DNA from: Histomonas meleagridis 2922-C6/04-290x
Lineage: Eukaryota; Protista; Parabasalia
Assembly: GCA_020184695.1 (NCBI GenBank)
Contig: JAANOX010000239.1
Coordinates: forward strand, 31,884-95,883
Length of the DNA: 64,000 nt
Direction of reading: 5' to 3'
Below are positions 32,607 through 44,468 of this stretch, one piece after another. The position numbers and the translations under genes are program-made. The first letter of the stretch is position 1. Every line of letters starts with the position of its first letter. Under the pieces are notes generated by a model, which was not told the DNA's origin, searched no databases, and saw nothing but the letters and a program-made list of their open reading frames with translations.

Positions 32607-34634
32607 TCATATTGAATGATTTTCACTTAATTCCTTCAGTGAACTTAATATATCAGCCGCTAAAGATCTCCATCCCTCTCTTTCCACAATGTTTTGCGTT
32701 GGCTTCTTTATCACCGGAATATTTCTTTTAGATTTTCTAGATTTCAGTGCGTTCAAATTTGCCTTTTCGAAGTTAATAATATTTACGTAATTTGTTGAAC
32801 CGATTAATTTCGAATTATTATTTAGCCAAGCAGACAATTCCATCAATGAGCTTCTTGCCTTTAGACACATGTTCTCTCCCGTTGTCGGGTCACAAACCAT
32901 TGCCATACTAATTATCACCTTTAAGTTTTCTGCCAATTGATTTAATTTCTCTTGTTTAGTTTCTTTACATTTTTGCAATTGTTCTTGTAACTTTTTACTT
33001 TCCGCTTTTAATTCTCTTCTTTTATTAACTGCGTCGACTCGATCAGCTTTTTCGTCGAATAATTCATCCAATTTAATGTTATTCATTTTAATTCTATTTT
33101 TGATATATTCCGATATTAATTTCGAATGATCTGTTTGCGCATGATAATAATTTTCATAACATTTATCAAGTTGTTCTGTTAATTTTATAAGTGAAAAGTA
33201 AAACGATTCGTGTTTACTTTTCTCGGATTGAAGTACTTCGGAAAGTTCTTTAATTTTTTGGTTTTGCTTTTTAATTTTTTCGGAAAGTTCTTTACTTTTA
33301 TGTACGAGAGAAGTATTTGGTTCATTTGTATTATTATTATTTATAAGTTCTTTCGGACAATTTAGAACATGATTATGATTATATGTTTGGATTAGTTCAC
33401 TTGGATTAGATAAATATTTGGAAAAGCGTTGTATGTCTGCTTTCTTATTAGAGCGTAAGGATTTGATCTCTTCTAATAATTGCGTCGCTGTTTTGTTCGT
33501 TGTTTTCACTTGTTTCTCTTCTGTCTTATGCGTTATCATTAAATTCTCAATTTGACTTTGATAAAAATGTAAATCAACAAAATCTTTGTCAATTTGCATT
33601 TGCTCAAATATTGAACTGTCATTAATTTGATGTATATGTGAAATTAAATTCTTTAAATGTAAAAGTGAGGCACGATGTGCATCAACTAATGACTTATAAT
33701 TTTCAATGGCTGTGTCATCATCAAATTTATATAAGTCTGAATTTATGTTGGCAGTAAGAATTCGATCTTTAAATCGATTAATATCAATATATTCAACAGT
33801 GGTTGATTGATCAAGTTTTGAATTGAAAAGTGTAAAACCGTTGGAATTTGAGAAGACAAACCGCGTATCGGAAAAACCGCAATTTAAATCAAGCTTTAAC
33901 CAAATAGAAAATTGTAAATCAAATGCCCAAGTCTCAAAAATAACACCAGTCGTTGTGACAATAAGCATATTATCAATGTATGTAGTTAAATGTGGAAACG
34001 TTGGTCGAAATGGGGTATAAACATCAATTACTTCTGTATCTCCAGTTTGTACATCAATAATATAAAGAAATTCATTAGCAACATTGTTATTTGAAACACC
34101 ACCAAAAAGACAAACTTTGGTATCATGTAAAAATGTGAGTGAATGTCGTGCAAATTCAAGTTTATCTTGTAATTTAAGAACTTTTGTACTAAGTGTACCT
34201 AAATTGAGAAGAACAAAATCTGATAGAATTTTGGTCTCAGATTCATCATAACCACCTGAAATAAGAATTGACGATATAGTTGGAATATAAACTGAACCAT
34301 GATATTTACGTGGTGGAATGTCATTATAAATAGGGTGCCAAGATTCATTTTGATAAACCCAAAGTTCATGAGAATTGACTCCTTCTGGTAATACTCCTCC
34401 AAAAACAAAAAGTTCTGTTCCACTAGATGTCACAGATTGACCTGGACGACAACTGAATGGAGTGTCTTGTATTAACTCCCATGTATCTGAAAAGCATTGA
34501 TAAAAATTTGATTGAGTAACACAAATAAATGAATCATGATACTTGAAAACTTCAATTTGTTGATTTGTGTTTATCGAGGCAGGGGATTTCTTATATGTTG
34601 AAACTTGTGAAACGAAATCGAAGAATTCGCTCAT
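32607..34634 (-). CDS. Kelch-repeat protein with a C-terminal coiled coil
   Basis: LFVFGG, PRKYHGS, ILISGG, ARHSLT and CLFGG kelch blades followed by a helical heptad region. Confidence 0.75.
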   Translation of the reverse strand: MSEFFDFVSQVSTYKKSPASINTNQQIEVFKYHDSFICVTQSNFYQCFSDTWELIQDTPFSCRPGQSVTSSGTELFVFGGVLPEGVNSHELWVYQNESWHPIYNDIPPRKYHGSVYIPTISSILISGGYDESETKILSDFVLLNLGTLSTKVLKLQDKLEFARHSLTFLHDTKVCLFGGVSNNNVANEFLYIIDVQTGDTEVIDVYTPFRPTFPHLTTYIDNMLIVTTTGVIFETWAFDLQFSIWLKLDLNCGFSDTRFVFSNSNGFTLFNSKLDQSTTVEYIDINRFKDRILTANINSDLYKFDDDTAIENYKSLVDAHRASLLHLKNLISHIHQINDSSIFEQMQIDKDFVDLHFYQSQIENLMITHKTEEKQVKTTNKTATQLLEEIKSLRSNKKADIQRFSKYLSNPSELIQTYNHNHVLNCPKELINNNNTNEPNTSLVHKSKELSEKIKKQNQKIKELSEVLQSEKSKHESFYFSLIKLTEQLDKCYENYYHAQTDHSKLISEYIKNRIKMNNIKLDELFDEKADRVDAVNKRRELKAESKKLQEQLQKCKETKQEKLNQLAENLKVIISMAMVCDPTTGENMCLKARSSLMELSAWLNNNSKLIGSTNYVNIINFEKANLNALKSRKSKRNIPVIKKPTQNIVEREGWRSLAADILSSLKELSENHSI

Positions 34635-34707
34635 TTTTATAATATCATAACGGCTCCTGACACTTTTTGATAAAAAGACCGTTTTTTATGAAGAGTTTTT
34701 ATAATAG

Positions 34708-36312
34708 ATGTTATCAAGCTCCGAAACAAAGTTAGACATATCATTGCCTCCAATTTTTACTGATTGTTATGAAGTTGTTGCTACAAGAAAATATCAAGAT
34801 TTAATGAATTTTATATTTTCAGATAATGTTTGCCCATGTATTCATTATAAAGATCTAATAAAACCTAAAGCTATCATTGGTTCTAGTGAAGAAGAGTTTA
34901 AATCTTTTATTGATATTGGTACAAGAGATAGATTATTTATTCAAATTCCTGTTTTTGTAATATGTTATTGTAGCTGTTTCTTGCATGGTTCTACCAAAGA
35001 AAGTTTACTTTCGGCATCTTCTAATTTTCTTCAAAATTATATCAAAACAGTTTATTCCAAACTTGATGATTCAATTCTTGATATCATTATCCCATATTCT
35101 ATTGTTGGGACTTTTGAACAATCAAAATATGAAATAATATTTCCATTTATGCTTTTTTTATCCAAGCAATTTACGGTACCAATTTTTTTCACGCACTTTC
35201 TAAAGTGTATAAAACATCTTTCTGAAGACTCCAAACTCATTCGTCCTCAAATAGAACTTATGACTCGTCTTATCACATCCACTGATATATCAGAATGCAT
35301 ATCAGAAATTCGTCAAGTTGCACAATTAATCTCATCACATGTTCCTCAGAATAGTACACGTTCTGTTACGCGTCTTCTTAACTCCATTGATAATCCACAA
35401 TCTCCTAAACCCAATTTTTATCTCTCCAACTCCAGTCAATTCTCAACATTTTCAGCAGGTTCAAGTAGTCGAACAGTTAGTGTTGAATTACTTGAGAATT
35501 TTCTTGACCTAATTGATGATAGTGTTGAAAATCCACTTGAAATTCTCAAAGAAATTAACGATCAAATGTATCGACTTAAAATGTTTCCTAACAAACACGA
35601 TGTCACTTCTCTTTTTAATTTTGCGCTTCGAACATATCAAACGATTCGTACACAGTCATGTTATAACATAGTGTTTAATCTTATGACGCAAATCAATAAT
35701 TATTGCGAACCTGAGAAAGTATTAAATCTTTATCTTAAATCCGTTTCTCGTTCATCACGTTTAAATGAATTTATTGAACAATGTTATCAACATTTCTTAT
35801 TAAAGAATAAACAAAAGTTACCAAAAGAATTAAATTATCCAACTTCACTTACAGCGAAAATACAAAATATACAAAGAAATGATATCGAACTCGCATTTAA
35901 TTGTTTGTCTTGTTGGAGCTCTGCTTATGATGGAATTATTAGAATATGGAATTTGTTGTTGCAAGAAAGTGATTTGGATATTAGCGATCATTTCGATGCA
36001 TTAAATTATGCGCAAAGATGTTTCTTGATTCATGGATTAAAGGAATTAACAGAAGAAAATAAAGATATTAAAAAGGAAAAAATAGAAGAAAAAATTAAAG
36101 AATTGGAAAAAATGTTACCAAACGAACCGAAAAGTAGTGTCGTCTCAAGAGACGCGGAACAATGCGCAAATAAAATGAGCGAAGTAATGTTAAGTAGTTC
36201 ACCTGCAAAAGATACATTAGGCGCAACTGAATTAAAGTTACAGGCAATGACACCTGAGCCGAAGCACAAAATGGCAGAAACAACTTATATGTTTTTGACT
36301 CCTAGAAAATAA
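34708..36312 (+). CDS. Hypothetical helical (possibly HEAT/TOG-like) protein
   Basis: 534-aa ORF, head-to-head with the kelch gene across 73 bp. No family recognised. Confidence 0.65.
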   Translation: MLSSSETKLDISLPPIFTDCYEVVATRKYQDLMNFIFSDNVCPCIHYKDLIKPKAIIGSSEEEFKSFIDIGTRDRLFIQIPVFVICYCSCFLHGSTKESLLSASSNFLQNYIKTVYSKLDDSILDIIIPYSIVGTFEQSKYEIIFPFMLFLSKQFTVPIFFTHFLKCIKHLSEDSKLIRPQIELMTRLITSTDISECISEIRQVAQLISSHVPQNSTRSVTRLLNSIDNPQSPKPNFYLSNSSQFSTFSAGSSSRTVSVELLENFLDLIDDSVENPLEILKEINDQMYRLKMFPNKHDVTSLFNFALRTYQTIRTQSCYNIVFNLMTQINNYCEPEKVLNLYLKSVSRSSRLNEFIEQCYQHFLLKNKQKLPKELNYPTSLTAKIQNIQRNDIELAFNCLSCWSSAYDGIIRIWNLLLQESDLDISDHFDALNYAQRCFLIHGLKELTEENKDIKKEKIEEKIKELEKMLPNEPKSSVVSRDAEQCANKMSEVMLSSSPAKDTLGATELKLQAMTPEPKHKMAETTYMFLTPRK

Positions 36313-36444
36313 TGTTTTTGTAAAGATTTTGTAATTTATTGATTTGTTTAAATATCTAATATTAAATATTAATTTAAAAATTATTTATAACAAAAAAATT
36401 ATAATTTTCTCAATATATTTATAATAATTTTAGGGTTTTCGAAG

Positions 36445-36516
36445 GGGTGAATGGTATAATGGTTAGTATTGTTGATTGTGGCTCAATAGACCCGTGTTCG
36501 ATTCACGGTTCACCCA
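36445..36516 (+). tRNA. trnH-GUG: tRNA-His (GTG)
   Basis: Acceptor stem GGGTGAA/TTCACCC, D-arm TGGTATAATGGTTAGTAT, anticodon stem GTTGA/TCAAT with GTG at 36478-36480, T-arm CCGTG-TTCGATT-CACGG, discriminator A, downstream oligo-T. Confidence 0.93.
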
Positions 36517-36691
36517 AAATTTTTAATTTTTTTTTCATGATTAATGAAAATAATTTTTTTTCTTTTCATATAAAACCAAATTTAGTGAATCTTAATGTTT
36601 TTGAAAACAAAATCTCATTTTTTTTGTGAATAAGAGAGATTAAAAATTCAACATTTACATTTGATTTCAAATAAACACATCAATAATTTAT

Positions 36692-37390
36692 CTAATGACT
36701 GTTCCTACGCGTGTTATCCCTGATACCATAATGAACTAAACATCTATGAATAAAATCAGGATCTTCAAAACATGACCATATCTCAGAAGGGGCACGTGCC
36801 ATTGCTTCTTCGATTTTAGCTTGAATTGTGGCTGCCTTATGCTCATAATCAGGTAAATCACTCCTTCTCCTACTTGATTTAGGCAATGAAGATGGAACAT
36901 TTTTTATTCTGTCTTTAATATATCCTACTGTTTCCAGATTTTGTTCTTGAACAAACTCATTTATAACATTTAATGGAATATTCATAGGCTTGGAGTTTGA
37001 AAAACGTCTTTTTCCGATATGAATTGAGATTTTAATTTTAGGATAACCTCTAAAAATAACATTTTCATGTGGTGTCATTTTGAATTTCCCTGATACTCGC
37101 ATGTCATACCTGCAAATTTTTAATGGAAGGAGTAAAGCTGCAATTTCTGTTTCTTCATTTTGCATTACTGCAATCAACTTAATCTGTATTTTCTCGATAT
37201 TATAATTTTCATCACCAAATGGGATAGATAGAATATCTTTTGAAAAGTTGATAGGATCTTCTTTGCATTTTCTTGTTATTTTAAAAACGTCAGGATCGTT
37301 TAAATGTAATTTAAAGAACATAGACTCGCATTTATAGATGTCTTTTATCCTTATGTTCTCTGTTGAGTCAATCCTCACGTGCACTTTCAT
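36692..37390 (-). CDS. Hypothetical protein with a possible C2-like beta-sandwich N-terminus
   Basis: ORF track 36692-37426; first ATG at 37390 (MKVHVRID). Beta-strand-rich N-terminal half. Confidence 0.55.
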   Translation of the reverse strand: MKVHVRIDSTENIRIKDIYKCESMFFKLHLNDPDVFKITRKCKEDPINFSKDILSIPFGDENYNIEKIQIKLIAVMQNEETEIAALLLPLKICRYDMRVSGKFKMTPHENVIFRGYPKIKISIHIGKRRFSNSKPMNIPLNVINEFVQEQNLETVGYIKDRIKNVPSSLPKSSRRRSDLPDYEHKAATIQAKIEEAMARAPSEIWSCFEDPDFIHRCLVHYGIRDNTRRNSH

Positions 37391-37514
37391 TGTATGAGCG
37401 GTTTTTTTATCTATCGTAAATCTCAAGTGTTGAAAAGTTCACTTTTCAATGTGTAAAATTCGGTTAGAATTGTGGTTATTTCGACATAAAAAAAACGTTA
37501 AAAATATTTTTTAA

Positions 37515-40500
37515 TTAGAAAGTATACACAATTTTCCAAAAACGTTTTTCATTATTTTCCTTGATATTCTTTATAAAAGGTATATGTTCAAGTGCTTGTG
37601 CGAATTTTAACATTTTTTCATCATATTGAATTCCATTTTGTTTTTGAAGCAAAAACACAATTTGCTCATTGCGTCTATTCGCAGCTATTTCGATTGCTGT
37701 TAAGCCACTAATGTTATTAGAGTTTAAATCGATATTTTTATTACTTTGAATAATTAAATTTACAATTTCAAAGTTACTAACTGAACACGCGTACATTAAA
37801 GCGTTCATTTTATATTCGTCATCTTTAATATTTACATCGATATCATTTTCGTTTAATAATAACTTTACGATATCAATATATTTATAATAAACAGCATAAA
37901 TTAATGCAGTATTACCATATTTATCTTTCTTATTTATATTAATATAACTTTTAGTTTTTTCATTATGTAAAATATTTTCAACAGATTTAATTTTATTACA
38001 TTTAACAGCTTCAATAAAAATTAATGAAATTGATTCACTATCGATAATAAAATCATTTCCTGTTCTATTAACTAATTCGATTGCAATTTCCGGATTAATA
38101 TTTTGTTCATATAATGCATAATTTAATGCTGTTTTTCCATAATCATCTTTAATGCTAATATCGATATCTTTTATTTGAAGTAAATATCGAATAACATCAA
38201 CACTTTCTGATTTTTTAGCTGCGATAATTAATGGCGTTCTACCTTTACAATTCTTTTGATTGATATTAATATTATTATCAAATGAATAAAGTAAAACAAG
38301 TATTAATACATTAGGTGTAGAACATGCCGCCATAAATGCAGTATTACCAAAGTTATCTTTTAAATGTATATTAATATCTTTTTGTTGAAGTAATAATTCG
38401 ACAATTCCAACAAAACCTTTTTTACATGCAAATATTAAAGGCGTATTATTCGCAAACGCTCTCATGTTGATGTCAATATCTTCATGTTCTAATAATAATT
38501 GAACTATTTCAAGATTTCCTTTATCTATTGCTAAGGTTAATGCCGTCATTTTATCATTACTTAGATTATTTATACTAATATCTTTTCGTTGCAATATTAA
38601 TTTAGTTATTTCATTATTGTCGCTTCTAATTGATAACATTAATGGAGTATTTCCATTATTATCTTTAACATTTAAATTGATTTCTTCTTTGCTTAAAAGC
38701 AATTTAATGATTTCATTATCTCTTTCGAGAATTGATATTATTATTGGTGCTTCTACTTTATTATTTGGTTGATTTATATCAATTTCTTTTCGATTTATTA
38801 ATAATTGAACTATTTCAATACTTCTTTTACGTTTATTTCTTCTAGAATTAGCAATGAAACAATGATTGAAACCATATGATGTTTTTTTATTAGAAAATTC
38901 GGAACTTTTTACTTGAAGAGCATATGATAATAAAGTCATTCCATTTATATCTGAAAGATTTACATCAATTTCTTTACGATCTAAAAGTAATTTTACTATT
39001 TCAATGTTATTCTTTTTGGTTGCAATCATTAATGGAGTTCGATTTTGTTTATCTGAAAGATTTATATCAATTTCGTCATGATCTAAAAGCAATTTTACTA
39101 GTTCAATGTTATTTTGTTTACTTGCTAAGTATAACGCTGTTTGACCTAATGTATTTTTAGCATTAATATTAATACTCTTTTGTTTAAGAAGTAATTTAGC
39201 AATTTCATCATGCTTATTCACAATTGAAGATATGAGCGCTGATGGGTTTTCTTTTCCATTTGCATTAATATTAATATCTTTTTGTTCTAGAAGTAATTTA
39301 ACTATATCAATATAACCTTTAGTTGATGCAATTGTTAATGCTGTTTCTTCTTTGGAACTTCGTGCATTAATATTAATGGATTTTTGTTGAAGTAATAATT
39401 TTATTGTCTCATAATATCCGTTATTACAACAATATATTAATGGCGTAAAATTGTTTTCAGAAGTTGAATTGAAATCAATATCAGATAATGTTAAAACATA
39501 TGAAATAAGTTCAATATTATTAGATACAACTGAATATGATAATAACTTGCTCGAAATTTTTTGATATCGTTTAAGAAAATATTTAACAAGAAATAGTTTA
39601 CCATTTTCGGCTGCTATTTTGATAATCGTTTCATTGTAATTTAAATATTCCTCTTTTTCTAAATATAAGTAAATTTCATAATTGTAATATTGAAGGCATG
39701 CAACAACTAGACGGTCTAGAACTTTTGTGGCTGAAATTTGTGATTCGCCATTATCATTATCTTCATGGCGCTTATTCCTATTGGGAGGGTTAAATAAAAA
39801 TAATGTTGGGGTTTTTGGTGCAGAAGTTGTCAATCCAAAACCAGATTTAAATCCTGTTGAGTTTGATGGTGCAGAAGTTGTATTAGATGACAATCCAAAA
39901 CTAGATTTAAATCCTGTTGAGTTTGATGGTGCAGAAGTTGTATTAGATGACAATCCAAAACCAGATTTAAATCCTGTTGAATTTGATGGTGCAGAAGTTG
40001 TATTAGATGACAATCCAAAACTAGATTTAAATCCTGTTGAGTTTGATGGTGCAGAAGTTGTATTAGATGTCAATCCAAAACCAGATTTAAATCCTGTTGA
40101 TTTTGATGGTGCAGAAGTTGTATTAGATGTCAATCCAAAACCAGATTTAAATCCTGTTGAATTTGATGGTGCAGAAGTTGTATTAGATGTCAATCCAAAA
40201 CCAGATTTAAATCCTGTTGAGTTTGATGGTGCAGAAGTTGTATTAGATGTCAATCCAAAACCAGATTTAAATCCTGTTGAATTTGATGGTGCAGAAGTTG
40301 TATTAGATGTCAATCAAAACCAGATTTAAATCCTGTTGAGTTTGATGGTGCAGAAGTTGTATTAGATGTCAATCCAAAACCAGATTTAAATCCTGTTGAG
40401 TTTGATGGTGCAGAAGTTGTATTAGATGTCAATCCAAAACCAGATTTAAATCCTGTTGAGTTTGATGGTGCAGAAGTTGTATTAGATGTCAATCCAAAAC

Positions 40501-42232
40501 CAGATTTAAATCCTGTTGAGTTTGATGGTGCAGAAGTTGTATTAGATGTCAATCCAAACCAGATTTAAACCTGTTGAGTTTGATGGTGCAGAAGTTGTAT
40601 TAGATGTCAATCCAAACCAGATTTAAATCCTGTTGAGTTTGATGGTGCAGAAGTTGTATTAGATGTCAACTAAAACCAGATTTAAATCCTAGTTGAGTTT
40701 GATGGTGCAGAAGTTGTATTAGATGACAATCCAAAACCAGATTTAAATCCTGTTGAGTTTGATGGTGCAGAAGTTGTATTAGATGACAATCCAAAACTAG
40801 ATTTAAATCCTGTTGAATTTGATGGTGCAGAAGTTGTATTAGATGTCAATCCAAAACTAGATTTAAATCCTGTTGAATTTGATGGTGCAGAAGTTGTATT
40901 AGATGACAATCCAAAACTAGATTTAAATCCTGTTGAATTTGATGGTGCAGAAGTTGTATTAGATGACAATCCAAAACTAGATTTAAATCCTGTTGAATTT
41001 GATGGTGCAGAAGTTGTTGAACCAAAACCAGATTTAAATCCTGTTGATTTTGATGGAGCATGAAATATATTAAATGATAAACCTTTAGGTCCTGTTGATT
41101 TTGATGGTGCAGAAGTATAAAGATTAAATCCATCTCCAAACTTATACGCCGGATCAAAATCTACAAATTTTTTTGCATTTTCTGATTTCTTTTTGAGTAT
41201 TGCATTTTGAGGAAGGCCGAAACTTGTACCATTAACATTAAATGTTCCATCATTTTCTTGATTTGCATTTTCATTTTCGCAAAGATAAACGAAGATATCA
41301 TTTCTATGATACTTAATTGCAATTTCATAAGCTCTTTCTAAATTCTCTGGATAAAACTCTATACAGTGATGAAATATTTCGATATTTCCACCTGCAATTG
41401 CATATTCAAAAACGCCTTTTAATTTAGCGTAATTTAACATTAAAAATTTGAAACATTTAATTGATCCATAAAACGCCGCATATTGAATGAGAGTAACATC
41501 TTTGTTGCAAAGCTCAGTATACCTTTCGTATTGTGATTTGCTTATTTTTGCATTAGAATTAAAATTGGGATGTGATGCAATTTCTTGGAGTTCGTCAATA
41601 TCATCGTTCCGAATTACTTTTGCAATCTCTAATGGGTTAAACCCTTCGTGTGCTAATTGCTTATGAAGTTTGAAGTCATCTCTTTCAAGGTCTTCTTCTT
41701 CAGGTTGGTCGAAAATATTAATTCTTTTTTCATTTGTGAAAGCACGAGATAATCCACTGGAAAATGGATGGTGTTTCCGTACATAAAAGGTATTTTGGGC
41801 ACTTTTACTCTTTGATGGATCTTGTTTTAAATGCATATAATATTTGGAACTTCTGTTTGAGACAAAAGTTGATTCAATTAAGTCTTCTTCAATCATTCGA
41901 AAAAGGATATAATCGACTTCATTTCCACTAACTGGAAGAAGGAATTGACCAAACATTTTGAAAATCTGGATATTTTCATTGAGTAATTGATTTTCTTTGG
42001 TTTCAACTAGATTTAAATAAAGAAAATATAAATCAATGTCTTTCCTTTGTGAAAGGAAGGATGAATAAATGCACTCAAAAAGAATAATATTAAATGATTT
42101 TTGAAAATTTACATTAAAATAATTCATTGTTAATTGAACAGCATTTTCAACGTTTTCTTTATCAAAACCAAAAACAATTTCTCTGATTGATTGCATATCA
42201 TCAAATTCTTGTTGATCATGAGTAGATTCCAT
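37515..42232 (-). CDS. DUF3447-type ankyrin-repeat protein with a large internal 20-aa FG/Ser-Thr tandem repeat; probably one gene of about 1570 aa split by homopolymer frameshifts in the repeat
   Basis: ORF 40682-42235 carries LIQYAAFYGSIKCFKFLMLN/AIAGGNIEIF, ORF 40310-40552 is pure repeat, and ORF 37515-40313 has the repeat followed by uninterrupted, mostly 34-aa ankyrin repeats. Breaks lie at A/C runs. Confidence 0.8.
39831..41020 (-). repeat. About 20 copies of a 60-bp tandem repeat encoding (T/S)SNTTSAPSNSTGFKS(G/S)FGL
   Basis: Near-perfect period of 60 (caatccaaaa ccagatttaa atcctgttga gtttgatggt gcagaagttg tattagatg), with single-base deletions near 40315, 40558, 40570, 40617 and 40670. 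Confidence 0.95.
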
Positions 42233-43144
42233 CAAGGAGAATGCTGGCTATGTATTCAATAAGTGTCATATTAATCACACGTTAATGACTCAATTTTCTG
42301 ATGTTTACTTTATCAAAATTTTCTGTTGACAGAATATAAAAATTCTTGGGCACCCCCAAAATATTTACCGATAGAATATTCTCAAAAAGTGGTATCGGTT
42401 TGTCGAGCTCTTGAAATCTCACGTTGTGTACTGCAAGTGTGTGCTTCCAAAGATGGGCATAATTCAAATTATTAAATCGTATTAGAAAAGATTCTGAATA
42501 TACCAATGAATGCTATTTATTATGTTAGTCTAATGAATATAATCGAATGAACACTGAATTTATAGCGTTAAAAATGTAACTTAATAAATAAAACCATTAC
42601 TTAGATGAAACTATTTATATTAATACTTCAAATTATTCAATATATATAATGTATACATATATTCTAATGAATATTAATTTTAATTAAGATAATGTCTATT
42701 TAATTTTTGTGGAAATCTTCATACAAAAATGGGTACATCAGTATATCATATATGAAAATATCATTTTCATTTATATTTGATGAATTAATAAATAAAAATA
42801 TTTATGAAATTGATTTATTAGAAGATGAAAAATTAACGTCCTCGAGGACTTTTTGATTCATTTACATCATTGACTTTTTGTTATGTTTATACTCTGACTT
42901 TTTGTAATGGGGTGCCCCCTTCAAAATTCTCAAAAAGTGGATTGGATAAAATTCAGTATATACTGACCCACTTTTTGATAATTCTCATACGAATTTTTAT
43001 TCCCTCGTGCAACAGTTGTTGGGAGTCCAAGCTCATAGAATAAAAATTGAAAATCTTCTGAGCATTTCGTATTGCAATTTATGAAACTTTAGCCCACAAC
43101 AAAAAGTGGCAAAAGTTGGCGGTTTTGGTCGACCTCTTGTTTTA

Positions 43145-43600
43145 ATGGGTCGTCTCCATTCTCCAGGAAAAGGTATTTCAGGTTCAACAATTCCATACCG
43201 CAGAACAGCTCCACATTGGCTCCAACTTTCAGGAGAAAATGTTGTTCAACTCATTTGTGACTATGCTAAGAAAGGAATCAGACCATCACAAATTGGTGAA
43301 AAGCTTCGTGATAGCCATGGTGTTGGTCAAGTTCGTGCAGTTACAGGCAATAAGGTTCTCCGTATCCTTAAAGCTAATGGCTTAGCACCAGCTCTTCCAG
43401 AAGAATTATACTATTTAATCAAGAAAGCAGTCAACGTTCGTAAGCACCTTGAAAGGTCTAGCCACGACATTGATGGTAAGTACCGTCTTATTCTCATCGA
43501 ATCACGTATCCATCGTCTTGCTCGTTACTACAAAGCAAGGCGTATAATTGCACCAAACTGGAAGTACAATGCCCAAACAGCATCTGCTCTTACCGCATAA
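43145..43600 (+). CDS. RPS13: 40S ribosomal protein S13 (uS15)
   Basis: [18 protein letters not shown]...[16 protein letters not shown], 151 aa. True ATG at 43145. Confidence 0.97.
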   Translation: MGRLHSPGKGISGSTIPYRRTAPHWLQLSGENVVQLICDYAKKGIRPSQIGEKLRDSHGVGQVRAVTGNKVLRILKANGLAPALPEELYYLIKKAVNVRKHLERSSHDIDGKYRLILIESRIHRLARYYKARRIIAPNWKYNAQTASALTA

Positions 43601-43692
43601 ACAATTTTCCAGAATTTTTTTTTGTTGACATTTCTTTTTGTGTGAAAATATATTTGGCATTTTATTTCGATTTAATTTGATAAAAGAAGAAA

Positions 43693-44178
43693 ATGAACGA
43701 AGATTTCTTAGATGATGAAACTCAAGAGGAGGAAGAGTATACTGTTGAAAAAATTATTGGCTACAGGTATAAAGGAGGAAAACATGAATTTTTGGTAAAA
43801 TGGTTGGGATATGATGCACCTGACTGGGAAGAAAGACATAACTTAAATTGCAGGGAATTAGTACTTGAATTCTTCTCGAGGGAACATATAAAAATGAACA
43901 AAACACAAGAATCACAAACAATTCCTGAAACACCAAAAGTTGTAGAAAGACCAAGTGAATTTTCCGTTATTAAGTCTTTTGTTGACGAAGATGTGGATTC
44001 TGTAAATCAAGCACCTTGGAAAATTTCTGAAATCAACTCTGAAAAAAATGAAGCAATCGTATATAACAATGATGACGAAACTGATATGATAAATTACCCA
44101 CTAGATAAGCTAGTTGAACTTTATCCATCATTAGTTTGTCAATACTTCATCGAAAAAAGTAAGAAAGAACAAAAATAA
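43693..44178 (+). CDS. Chromodomain protein (possibly HP1-like)
   Basis: EEEEYTVEKIIGYR...EFLVKWLGYDAPDWEERHNLNCRELVLEF; a possible second degenerate domain at the C-terminus. Confidence 0.85.
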   Translation: MNEDFLDDETQEEEEYTVEKIIGYRYKGGKHEFLVKWLGYDAPDWEERHNLNCRELVLEFFSREHIKMNKTQESQTIPETPKVVERPSEFSVIKSFVDEDVDSVNQAPWKISEINSEKNEAIVYNNDDETDMINYPLDKLVELYPSLVCQYFIEKSKKEQK

Positions 44179-44468
44179 TATTTTTTCTTTCATTGCAACC
44201 ATTAGGCCTTTTGATCTTTTGATCATATCAATATGCAAAAAGCAAATATAGAATCAATAAATTTGTACAATTATAATATTAACCAAATCAAACTCAAAAC
44301 TTTTAAGCATGAATATTTGTTCTTCAACAATGTATGAGATACTTTTATTAATTTAAATTACAAGGAAAAAAAACGAGTTTTTCTTTTTTTTTCATGATAA
44401 ATGACAAAATATTTTAATTCAATTTTATTGTGTCAAATATTTCGTTTCAAAATTCCAGACCGTTCTGG

